Shown in pieces: positions 52,646-64,000 of a DNA stretch of 64,000 bases. The translations under genes were made by a program, and so were the position numbers. Each line of letters opens with the position of its first letter. Position 1 is the stretch's first letter. The notes below the pieces were generated by a model. The model saw only the letters and a program-made list of their open reading frames with translations, ran no database searches and was not told the DNA's origin. The stretch spans positions 91,573,905 through 91,637,904 of the forward strand of contig JARDVH010000132.1 in assembly GCA_030324005.1 (NCBI GenBank), in the 5' to 3' direction. This stretch comes from Negaprion brevirostris (lineage: Eukaryota).

Positions 52646-55600
52646 TTTGTTGAAATATTAACGTTGATGACTTTTCACGAGGAGTTTTGGCCCAGTGAAA
52701 TGGGCCTTAAGCAACACCCAGAGTGCACTGAGGCAGAAGCAAGTGTGGGCAAAGTACTTGAGTAGTTTCTTTCTGTGTTCCCAGCTTTTATTCTACAAGC
52801 CAGGTTTTAAAAATGAATGGGTAAAATAGGAAAAGAAGTAAATTTTTGAAAAGGCTAGTGGTTTCCCATTTTAAAACATCTTATATGTTTAAAGTTTTTG
52901 GGGATATTCAATGGATTTTCATTAAATGTTACTGGCATTGTTCAGTACCTTAATATGTGGAGTAGAACATTCTTAGTCCTTTTCATGGCTTCTTTACACG
53001 CAGGCTCTGTTGTGTCACTTGTTTATTTGTGTTTTCTTGAGGGGAGTATAATGCCCCTGATATGTGTTGAGAAATATAAATGTTCAGTTGTCTTAATTAT
53101 TACGCATTTAGGATAGTTGTAGGACACTGATATTTTAGTGCGTATTGTGCAAGCATTTGCAACTTATTCTTACTCTATATTATAGCAAAGTCCCTGTCAT
53201 CACACAGGACCGCATTAAGGTATCATTCACTTTATTAGAAACACTATTTTCACATATTAAACCTATCCACTCCTTATTTTCAGTTTAACTTTTATGGCAA
53301 CAAAAATCATCCTCTTGAGCACGTTATAAATAAATATGTGAACATAACAATCTTAATCCAACAGTCCCGAATGAGGTATACGTGAGATATAAACACTTAA
53401 AAGTTAAGGAAAAGAGTTAAAGAAAACCCGCTTTAAAATACAGCCAGTGGAAGAGTTACTGCAACTTTAAGTCTGGCTGCTGTAACACCAACATAGCTTT
53501 TGGTGAATTGCAGGTTTCCCACAGTTGTGACTGACGAACCATAAACTTTATGACCGGCTTTTCATTCTTTGAAGCTTCCGCTAGTCTAGTGTGTATATAC
53601 AGACTCACATGTGTAATTTACTGTTGAAGATAAAGTGTTTCAAAAGAAAAATGCAACATTTCATAAATTTGGAAGACTTGATTATTCCTCTTTTCCCTAT
53701 ATGGACATATCCAACTTATAGCATAGGGGGTGGGGATGGCAGTCGGCCACACGTTTAAAAGGGATGATACGGTAGAGAGCAATTACCCTGTAGAATTTCT
53801 ACTCAAAACATTCCACTGCAATTAGGCCAATTTTACGATGTGCTATAAAGATCCAACGGTAATAGAGGAAATCAGCCCCAATATGAGTATTGCAGTTCCG
53901 GATCGGCCATGTCAAACGCGTCAATCTGTTGTAATTTCCTTTGTATTAGTTTACATTTAAATATGACAGTTTAATATATCATCTGTCCAAATCACTTAAA
54001 TCCTTTTTACAACAAGACAAAACATGTTTTAGTTTCACCCAGTGCTACAGTGGCATCCAGTGTAACATTACATGTCAGTTATTAAATTTGAAATTGATGT
54101 ATTTGTAATTGTTTTCCTAAGCATTAGTGATAACAAGTTATTTCGTTTCACATTGCACAAGGGTCTGTGCTTTTGATGTGTTTATTTTTCTCGCCGAAAA
54201 CACTTACATTTTTCTGTCTAAAAAGCGAGACTCCAAAGCGGGGTCGGGGGTTGGGGTGGGTGGATTTAGTGCTGGCGGGGTACACAATGTATATTCAAAG
54301 GATTAAACATGCAAATGTTTGTTTAAACTGAGTAATCAAAGACGTTACACAGTGTAGATATTCTGTGGGAACCGGTGAAAATATAGTGTAGTGATGGGGT
54401 CCTTTTCAAGAAATCTTGAACTCCCGATCTTTCTTTCATCGATGAGGTAGTTATGCATTCCCCAAACGTAGAGAATGTCTTGTTTCCATATTTAGTAAAC
54501 ATTTGTTAAGTAAGATGTGTATGACCGAGGGGTTCAATTATTTCAAGAGAGCTGCATGTAATTGCCTTCCAGAATTTTTTTCTATGGTTGGGACTGCCAC
54601 CTTACATGTATGCAAACTAATGTAGTTTTTTTGGAGGGGGCGGTTATGGGGGTTCGCTTTACAGATGCGTCCTTATGTAACTTCTACACTGAAGAAAAAC
54701 ATGATTTGCGGTGTAAAATCCATCTGTTCCATTGGTGAAACATATATTTTCAACACGTTCTCTAATTCCTGTCACGACAGAAGGTTTAATCTGAAATTAC
54801 CGTGATTCACTTTCCCCTCCCAAATCTCTTTTACCATATATAAATCTGATTGGTAGTCTAAATATAAATCTAAGGTCTTTGATAAGGAGCTATTGCCAAC
54901 ATTTCCAAAGCTATCAGATATCATATTTGTACCTACCCTTTAACACTCCATCTCATCAATCAGTGTTTAAATATATTTTTTTAAAAGCTACTGTGCAAAT
55001 TTACCAATTCTCTAAAAACATAACGCAGAAAACATATAAGTGTGAAACTAATAAAAAAGTTACGAGGGGTAAAATCAAGAGGTGGTCGCCATAAAATCTG
55101 GAATGTGACGTGCTTACGTTTCGTCTGTGTTAAGGGCACCGAAAGGACAGCACATTTTTCAGTAGCAATCTATGTTTGGCTTTTGGGCACAATAGAATTT
55201 TGCCTAAGCTTTGCAAATGAGCTTCTGCAAGAAATTCAGAGCAGGGCATACTGTTAGCTTAACGCAGTTTCCTATTTGTAAACCTGTGCAGCTGCATATT
55301 ATGTGAGAACGTGATGTATCTTCTTGGGCCTCCTTTCAGCGAATTTAGGGGGTCCTGCAGCATTGTGATTTTCTATTTATGAGCAAAGTAACAGATAATT
55401 GTTTTGGCGTTCATTAGCGCAGTAAAATAACCTGAAAAAGAAAGCACGAATGCTTCTTCATTTGTATATGAACACAACATGTTATAGTGCATTCACTATT
55501 AGGGGAATAAATAGACATGCATGTGTAGAATATCGTTATGCACGTGGTAACCTAATGTATTATTTTACTATTACCTAATAATCAAGCTGGATATAGCTTT

Positions 55601-58600
55601 TATAGACTTGGCTTTCTATTCCAATTATGTTTGCTGGATCTTACTTGTGGCGATCTAGTTAGCTATTATGGAGTTTCGTATGCAATCCTCTGCATTCTAA
55701 ACATTGCAATGAAGGCTTTTAATCGAAGTGTGAGAGAAATGAATATACTTATGTGGGTTCCAGGGGTTGTGTCATATTCATCTTTTACTTCTTGCATTTG
55801 TTTTGCATAATGTCATTTTGGTACTCATTTTTTGCGAAATTTACTGATCATGAGTAGACAAACATTACAATGCAAGGAAGGTAATTGTTACTAGATAGTC
55901 TACTATGAATTTCTCAGAACAGAAGCTTTGGCTGCAGCATGACCTTGTAGAAATTGAGGACTCTTTTTAAGTCTTCCGGGAATGGAATCATTAATATTTT
56001 TTGCACTTACTTGAATGCAAGATATTGCAGTAGGGGGTTGAAACATTGTGTTGATATCTGTGCATCATTCTATGGTTGGCACCGGGGAGAAAACATATGA
56101 ACCCACTAAGTAAATCGATTGTGTTTTTTATTACCAGAGATAAATCGTTTCCTAAACAAAGGAAAAGTAATTATCACTTTAATAATCATGTTACTTTATA
56201 ACAATAGTGATGGCAATATGAATTACTATATATATGCATTAGTTAACATTGTAATTCTGAGGAAGGGATGGACAAATCTTTTAAGAAATGTAGACATAGA
56301 ATCAAAGCACTAAAGTAACTCTTCTTTTAAAATGTTTTTTCTGCCTTTTTTGTCATTGCTTCGTCCACTACCTGCAGTTGTAATATAAGCTTATTAATTT
56401 TGCACCTTTTTCCCTAAGAGATGTGTCATTAAAATGACCTGCCTTTGGCATAGAACAAAACAAATATGCATGCACCCTCCTCGTTTTTGCCAAAATACGG
56501 AACTCGAATCGTGAGTTATTTCATTGCCCCAATAAAGGCTTTTCGTTGTCTAAATCTAAGAAGGAATGCGTTGAGGAAAAAGCGAGAGATGGGAGAGAGA
56601 ATTACGAGGAAAATGCATCTGCACACTCTGCAACTCACCAGCAGAGCTCGCTTTAGACCAAGTTCACAGTCATTTTGTATGAGCATGGACTGGAAGCTCA
56701 CGCATCCATTGTTCTATCAGTGCAACAGAAAAGGACGGAAATACTAAAATAGATTCAAAAGCTTAATGCATTTGTTTTGTTTTTGTATATTATCTATAAT
56801 TACATCGACTGGCCGATGCAGTAAAAACTTACCCACTTTGGCACATCCAACTAAATAAAAGAGCACTTGAATAAACAGCTTGCAGACAGTGGAGGTTCAT
56901 GCCATTTTTGAGTTTAAAGAAAGGTTTCCCTTATGGGGGGGGGGGGGGACGAAACTGAATGGGGTGGGGGCAGACGAGGAGGGGGATGGGGCCAGTGCCT
57001 CCAGCATTCCCAGACCTGAAATTAGCAGTACATCATGAAAATAGTGAACGAAAGGGGATATTATTTCAGTCCTCAGCAGTGCTTTGAAAAGGGGCTCCCT
57101 GTACCGTGGTTGGAAGGGCGGTACAACTGTAGGTCAAAAAGTTGAGGGTCAAAAGTTTACGTTTTGCACGACTTGTAATCATCTGCACAGACAGAGTTTG
57201 ATGTCAATGTTATAGCGCGATCTTGACTATCAGCACAAAAGATAAAATAGCTTTGAGTTACTCGTGTATCATACTATGGACTCCAGGTGAACCCGAGCGA
57301 CTGAACGACCTCAATTACTGACGAAAGGAAAGAAAAAAATATTCTTTTCATGATCGAGACACGTTGTATTTCATCTTGAAAAATCGACCACGGTAATTTT
57401 TCTATCTGCTGTGCATATGCAGCAGGTAAACTTCCAACAACTGTACCAAAAAAATTGAGACGTTTCCCACAAAAAAATCGAATTGTTTTATTTCGGTTTA
57501 CCCTTTTTCGAGTCGAATGTCGCATTAAGAAAAAAGAGATTCGGATACAGCAGCAGTCCGCCTGTCCAAGTACATCAGCTAACAGTGTACACGGTCTGAC
57601 TCAAGGAAAAGATCGACATCATTTAGGCTTCACAGACATCCCCCCACATTCTGAATCGGTTGGAACAATGTAGAACCACTGGTACTAATTTAGAATGAAG
57701 GAGCATTTCAAAAACACTTATATTTGAACTGAGATCTAGTTTGAATAATCTAATTTGAAATACAGTATATTGGGACAACTTCGTGTTTCTCCCAGTTCCG
57801 TATAAATACCACAAGTATACTCAGAGACTCACGGCGATAGAAAAGCTTGCTTTGAGAAGAAAGTCTCTGGTTTAAAATGCAGCAATAACATTTATTGAGG
57901 TTCTTACTCAAGCCAATGGATATCTACGCATTCCCCTTTTTTACTGACTGATAAACAGCGATATAAAAATCCATCTACACAATAATAGTGCTAACTTTAT
58001 TCTTAATTGCAAATGCAGTGTTGCAATTTGATATTAGCCGTAACTCCTGGAATGAAAGGTAAACGATTGAAGCCCAAGCACAATGGTTTATGAGATTTTA
58101 GCACGAAGACAAGGGCACGTTCTGTTTGCGGCATTAAATTCTTCAGAGGTTATTGCAACCCGGATGTAACAGTTGCCACCAAACGTAATCATTTTGTTGT
58201 ACCTTTTCCGTTTAGTTGCAATCAAGATAAACGTCAAATGCCTTTAAAGATGCTGAATAAGCCATTTGGGCTTACAGAATTTGTATGTTCCATGACACTA
58301 TTCTCTATATTACACACATTGCGAGGAACAAGATGCAAATCTCTTATATAGCTATTCCATGGGGCAACAGTATTATTCTTCCACTCTGTAGAACTGGAAA
58401 ATCCGTGCCTTCGAAAGCAAAATAATTAGCAAACAGGTAATAGGTCAATAAATAAAATATATTCAAAGATAAACGAAACTAATGTTTGTTACTAAATATA
58501 CTTCATACACTAAAAATTAAGGAAAGACAAATTATTTAATATCTGAGGCTGTATTAAATGCATTATTTAATCGCCGAAGAAGCCATCTTTATTCTGACTT

Positions 58601-59524
58601 CCATTTCACACTTTTCAAAAAAGAAAATCAGATTCTACTTGAAATGGGCAATATTGCTTTAAAATACAGACTGTAGCACCTGTGTGTCAATGGATAGGTA
58701 GGAAGAGAGACATGATAGGGACATAGACGGAGGGTTAGAAAGGTCGTGGATTTAAATGAAAGAGGAATAGAGCATTTGTAGTAGCGGAGATAAAGAGAAA
58801 AACGTATCCATTGCAAATAATCTGACTTCTTTTTCTCCTGAGAAAGATGGAAAACGTACTCCAAACGAATAATTTCGTTTTGTTAATTTGACACTTGTTA
58901 CTAGAATAGTTTGCAAAACATTAAAACATATCCCTAAGCGGTAATATAATTGGTTAGGGTCGCTAGATTGCGGAAAGTTTTAAAGTTGTCACAGTTTTAA
59001 AACAGAAAATTCCACATTAAAGCCATGTTCCACATTAAAACATATTTTTAAGGATTCGATTTTTTTGACAAACAGAACAGCAGCCTGTGTAAGTTTGTGA
59101 ACCCAGAGCACACGGACGGAGGCACCAATGAGAAGAATTTGAAATGAAATGCNNNNNNNNNNATTGGTAAAACAAGGCCGTCCTTTGTGTAACTTTTTTT
59201 GCAAGTGAAATTAATTTTAAATTCCAAAAGCAAATTGTCTAATCACGACAGTCGTTAAATTTTGTTGAATATGCCTCCAATTAAGCTTTACGCGACTTAT
59301 GAAACCAAACATTGCAAATCTATTGATTTTATTCCAAACCCTCACTATCTTATTTACAAACATTTAAAAACGGTTACCGAGTGGGCTATTGAAACACTCA
59401 GAACTGCTTAGCACCCACGCATTTTGCTCAGTTTCCCCCTCCACAAAGGTAATGACCTGGGCAAAACACCCTGGTATTTGAAAGAGCACTATAGGCCTTT
59501 TAGAAATGGCTAAGTCCAAGGCCG

Positions 59525-59541
59525 AGGTGAAATTCAGGTCA
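59525..59541 (+). promoter_or_regulatory. DR5 retinoic acid response element upstream of HoxA4
   Basis: AGGTGA-AATTC-AGGTCA lies about 3 kb upstream of HoxA4, with the same form and position as the known Hoxa4/Hoxd4 5' RARE. It is flanked by AGGTAATGACCT (59447-59458) and a Meis-type CTGTCA (59604-59609). Confidence 0.85.
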
Positions 59542-62500
59542 CCGCGTCTAACAAATATGAAAATGTCGCCTCACGAATGGCACGCCTTGTTACTTAACAA
59601 AGACTGTCAATGTATAAGATTAATAAGAAATAAAATGCACACGGTGTCACTTTTCGGTCACTTCCAAACTTAGCTTAGCGTATCCCTTACGAAATCTCGT
59701 TTCATTGAATAAAATCTTTTGTTTTGTTTCCCGTGTTGAAGTCCAATAAACGCACAGTTGTGCAGCTCTGTGGGATGTGGTGCAAGCCTGCTCGAAGATG
59801 TATCTTCGAAATGTCCCATTTTATTTGTTTTATTTTGTTTGTGAGCTGGACACCGGCTGTTTCAGCCATATGCCCCAGATAGAATTGGAAACAATCAGAT
59901 TTTCATCATGGTACAATCTATCTGATAAATCCTGACCCGTGCTGATGGACTCAGTCGGTAAATGAAGAAATTATGACACTCCTCATCATCTAAACTACTG
60001 ATTTGCTGTTCGGAGGAGAATTTAAACTGGTAACGTCTAANNNNNNNNNNGTATTATTTCTGTTTTTTTAAAGCGCGAAACAACCCCCCCCCCCCCCCCC
60101 CCCCCCCACCCCATGCACATAACTTGACTAATCTTTTTTATGTAAAACCGATTTCCTCATCTCGGCACTCTTTAAAGTATAAATTTGATATAAACTCTTA
60201 AAACATACACGTTTTGCAAATGTCGTAAAACGCGTTAACTTTGCCTTTCGCTTTAAAATGGCTGTAAATCTACCCTTGCAGTAAAAATGTCAAATGTACA
60301 CGCAGGCGAGGTAACACTTGGGGGTCCTGGCTCCATCGCTGTTTATTATGAAAAAAAAACTGCAGAGGCGAATGACCTGCATTTGCTGGTCAAGTAATGC
60401 CTTGTGTTTATGCGATAAGAACCTTTATTTTGCATTTTTCTACAAAGCGCTTAAATGCACAAATTGGCCCAGCTAATTATTCGACTGCGCCGTTTAGAGG
60501 CAAGTTACGTGGTCAGAGGAAAGAAGATGCACCCCATGCCTGTCAAAGAGAGAGAAAAGCACATTTTGGGAGTTAAATGTCATGGGGAGACTTTTCTAAG
60601 CAAAAATAAAGTTTTTAGCAAAATCATTTGGATCCGTTTACATTGTAAGACTTTCGCAGCTTTTAAAATTATGTTATGAATGATCTAAATATAAACATTT
60701 ACACAAGATGTCCTTGGTGAATACAATAAAATTGTGCAAAATATAAGCACTGTTTCCATGCAGATTTTCCCTTTGTATGGTGAGTGGTGGAAACAAACAT
60801 CTGTTAATTACACTGGAAGTCAATTAATTTTGCTGTTCGATACTTAGTTGAAAGCATTCTAATGGACGATTATTCTGCGCATTAAAGCAGGATAGTTGGT
60901 AAATGCACCCCAGAAACAGTGTGCTGTGATTGTTGAAGAAGGTTCAGTCTGATTAAATGTTGGCTTGTGTGCCCGGATACAGTATATCGTTCAAACATTA
61001 AAACATTATGATGCATTCTTGATTGACAAGAACTCATGTTGTGAATCGATTATATTTCAGGGAAGAAGGCGTATTGCATATGGCTACTTTGAAAAAAAAA
61101 TGTGCAGTGCACCCAAATTGTCACTTTTCTATTTGGTAAATTTCATTCTGCGGGCCATTTGGTGTGGATAAGAATTCAAATCTAAAATATTATACAATTT
61201 TAATCACATTAAGTTATATGACCAGCCAATTAGCTTGCGATTTTTTTACGGCAGGTTATTTTTACTTCTTCTAAAAGGAGTCAACATTAGAAGGCTTTAT
61301 CAATTATTGCTGGTATGTTTTGAGTTTCTGAAACGGATTATGGTTCTTGATATAACAAATCATACTGTATGCAGATTTAATTGTGTGGTTGTAGTAGGGC
61401 ACCTGAAATAGAATTGACGCATTTAACGTTCAGTTATTGAGTATGTTTGAAAGGAGCGGTTTGTTCAAAATTCAAATAAACAATCAACAAAACGTTTGTC
61501 CAATGCTTTGGAATAGAGTTCTATGCAAATGAATCGTTTCACTGAATAGTTGTGATTTGTTCATTTTTAAAAGATAATATAATTAGTATCTACTTTCATT
61601 GGGTATCTCGACTAACAAAATGTTCGTTTCCATCGTTTTACTTTATGACGACCAATTAAAGCAGATCTGGAAAAAAATCTAATAGTAGAGTATTTCATTA
61701 GATAAGTCACATTACAATCGAACAATTAAATGGTAGCATTTTTAAAGAAGATTTATTACGCCAACAGTCTCAATTGATTACATAACGTTTATGTACATTT
61801 GCAGTATATGGACAAAATTCTTTACTGTTGCCTGAGTTATTTAACACTTCGACCTGTACTTTGAATGTGCATTAAGTTCTTCAAACAGTTTTTCGGTCTG
61901 ATCTAGGATTTTAAATTACTCGTGTTTTGACAACCAAAGCAGGTATTTTCGCAATTTTGTGGGAATTCTTCTTGTAAACGATGCATCTTGGAATGCCTTT
62001 GACAGCAACCCTGCAGTAGAAAGGACAAGCGAGTGCGTTGAACTCTCGTAATTATTTTCCCAATTGTTTAATTCAAACCGCACCTCCCCCCCCACCACCA
62101 CGAAAGCACTGAACCATGTTATGTTGTACAGAAACATTCTTAGAAAATGGTAAACTATTTCAGACGATAGCAGATCTCTATTTAATACTGTCTTGTGATG
62201 TTTTCTCCGTCAACATGCATTTGCAAATATTTGCATTCGATAAAACATCATAATATCATTACCCATTTTAGATTATTTTAAAATGAGTGTCTTCCTGGTT
62301 GTTTGAATTTTCCTTTTCTATGCTACAACATAATTTCAGGGGAAACGAGATTTTGAATGATAATATGGAATTTTTGACTGGAGTCCATGCATTCATCATT
62401 GGTGTATTTCCTTATCCGGGGCCCACANNNNNNNNNNNNNNNNNNNNNNNNNNNNNNNNNNNNNNNNNNNNNNNNNNNNNNNNNNNNNNNNNNNNNNNNN

Positions 62501-62579
62501 NNNNNNNNNNNNNNNNNNNNNNNNNNNNNNNNNNNNNNNNNNNNNNNNNNNNNNNNNNNNNNNNNNNNNNNNNNNNNNN

Positions 62580-62976
62580 ATAAACTCCAACTACGTTGAG
62601 CCAAAATTTCCACCTTGTGAGGAATATTCTCAAAATAACTACATACCAAGCCAATCTCCTGAATACTACGATCGGCCGCGGGACCCTGGATTCCATCATG
62701 AGGCACTATACCCACAATCAAACTACCCAGAGCCGACCTACAGCTTCAACAATGTCCAAGGCACTGGCAACCAAGACATGTCGCAAAGGGGTCATGTGCA
62801 GTCGCAGGCTAGCCTCCAAAATCACATACCGAGACAGAATCAGCTTTGTGAAGTGGTCCCAATAGCCACACCAGCTTTGTGTAGCCAGAATGCGAAAACC
62901 CCCACTGCCCAGAAAGGTACTCTCAGCAAAGAGCCCATAGTTTACCCGTGGATGAAGAAAATTCACGTTACTACCG
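62580..62976 (+). CDS. hoxa4: Homeobox protein Hox-A4, exon 1 (5' end hidden in N gap 62428-62579)
   Basis: The frame from 62580 reads INSNYVEPKFPPCEEYSQNNYIP..KEPIVYPWMKKIHV. The donor is ACCG|GTAAGT at 62977. The start codon is expected a few codons into the gap. Confidence 0.92.
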
Positions 62977-63054
62977 GTAAGTAACTAAAGCTAACTGAAA
63001 CAATTAAAATTCAATTGAAATCGGATGTGCGGAACCCTTTCTGTAACTGGCCCT

Positions 63055-63120
63055 TTCATGAGATTTACGATCACCTAACTGTTAGGTCGGTAATTACAGC
63101 GCCCATAAATTTCATTGCCC
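63055..63120 (+). promoter_or_regulatory. HB1-type element in HoxA4 intron
   Basis: GAGATTTACGA..GTAATTAC..CCCATAAATTTCATTGCC is a cluster of homeodomain sites typical of Hox4 introns. Confidence 0.65.
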
Positions 63121-63324
63121 TGGATCTTGCTCCTGGCCATGTGTCTTTGATGCTTTTCTAACCTAAATACCCAGAGCCATTTTATTGCAGTAGATTGTTC
63201 GCCGTTGTCAGAACACTTTGAGAAAAGTCTTGTCTTTTAGAACCTTCATTCACGTGCATCTAATCCCATTGTCAGATTCGTGGCTGTATCTGTATTTATG
63301 TTTGGTTACTTTTGTTTTGTTCAG

Positions 63325-63650
63325 TGAACCCAAATTACACTGGAGGAGAGCCCAAACGGTCTCGAACTGCTTACACGAGACAACAAGTCTTAGAGCTGGA
63401 GAAGGAGTTCCATTTTAACCGTTACCTAACCAGGCGTCGACGCATTGAGATTGCACACACTCTTTGCCTGTCTGAACGCCAGGTGAAGATCTGGTTTCAG
63501 AACAGAAGGATGAAATGGAAGAAAGATCATAAACTGCCTAACACTAAGATGCGTTCTGCTAGCTCATCATCTTCTACAAGCCAGCAAACACAAGTATCCT
63601 CCCAGGGCCCACAGCCAGATGGTTCAGCACCAAATTCATCAAGCCTATAG
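63325..63650 (+). CDS. hoxa4: Hox-A4, exon 2 (homeodomain)
   Basis: The acceptor TTGTTCAG ends at 63324. The exon encodes [77 protein letters not shown]. Confidence 0.96.
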
Positions 63651-64000
63651 CTGCTTCGACTCTCCAACCCCTCTCCCACAACATAGTTTGGACCAAAATG
63701 TGTCTGCCACATAACTGACTTGAATGTGGAGGGATTTTTTGCAGTGAGAATTTTTTTCCAGGGTAGATGCTGTTAACCCCAAAAAGGGCAAGCATTTATG
63801 TTGTGTTAACCCATTCTCTGCAGACCTTCAAAGTGTTTTCTGTTTGATTGGGTGCATTCTGTATCCTTCATTACCTCCACATGAACTGATGCTAGGTTCT
63901 GTCAAAGTGGCTTCTTCCATGATATTCAAAGAAAAGAGATAAAAACGGACACTGAATAATAGATATTGTGAGGAAATGTAAGCGTCATAATCACAACTAG

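Noticed and set aside
63759-63765. miR-10 7mer-A1 site CAGGGTA in the HoxA4 3'UTR
   Set aside because: A single 7-mer cannot be distinguished from chance without conservation data.

Overview
This is a vertebrate HoxA cluster segment, with all genes on the + strand in the order HoxA11, HoxA10, miR-196, HoxA9, HoxA7, HoxA6, HoxA5, HoxA4. There is no intact HoxA8 and no intact miR-10. The compact layout, the presence of both A6 and A7, and the repeat types suggest a cartilaginous fish (shark); this is inference. Six genes have the normal two-exon structure with a phase-1 intron, although the HoxA4 start codon falls in an N gap. The main anomaly is HoxA6: its homeobox stops after helix 1 (..LEKEF, 43060) and resumes at residue 39 ([12 protein letters not shown].., 47371). 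The two halves are separated by about 4.2 kb of CpG-poor, transposon-rich DNA plus a 100-N placeholder gap. This is either a real gene-disrupting insertion or, at least as likely, a misassembly. Non-coding signals include the Hox4 DR5 RARE, HB1-type intron elements, clustered miR-196 sites in the A9 and A7 3'UTRs, and candidate CTCF boundary sites. There is also a repeated CCAAT/E-box promoter cassette, candidate non-coding exons of long cluster-spanning transcripts, and a 12-nt miR-10 match in the A5-A4 interval. The window has 20 N gaps, so this is a draft assembly.
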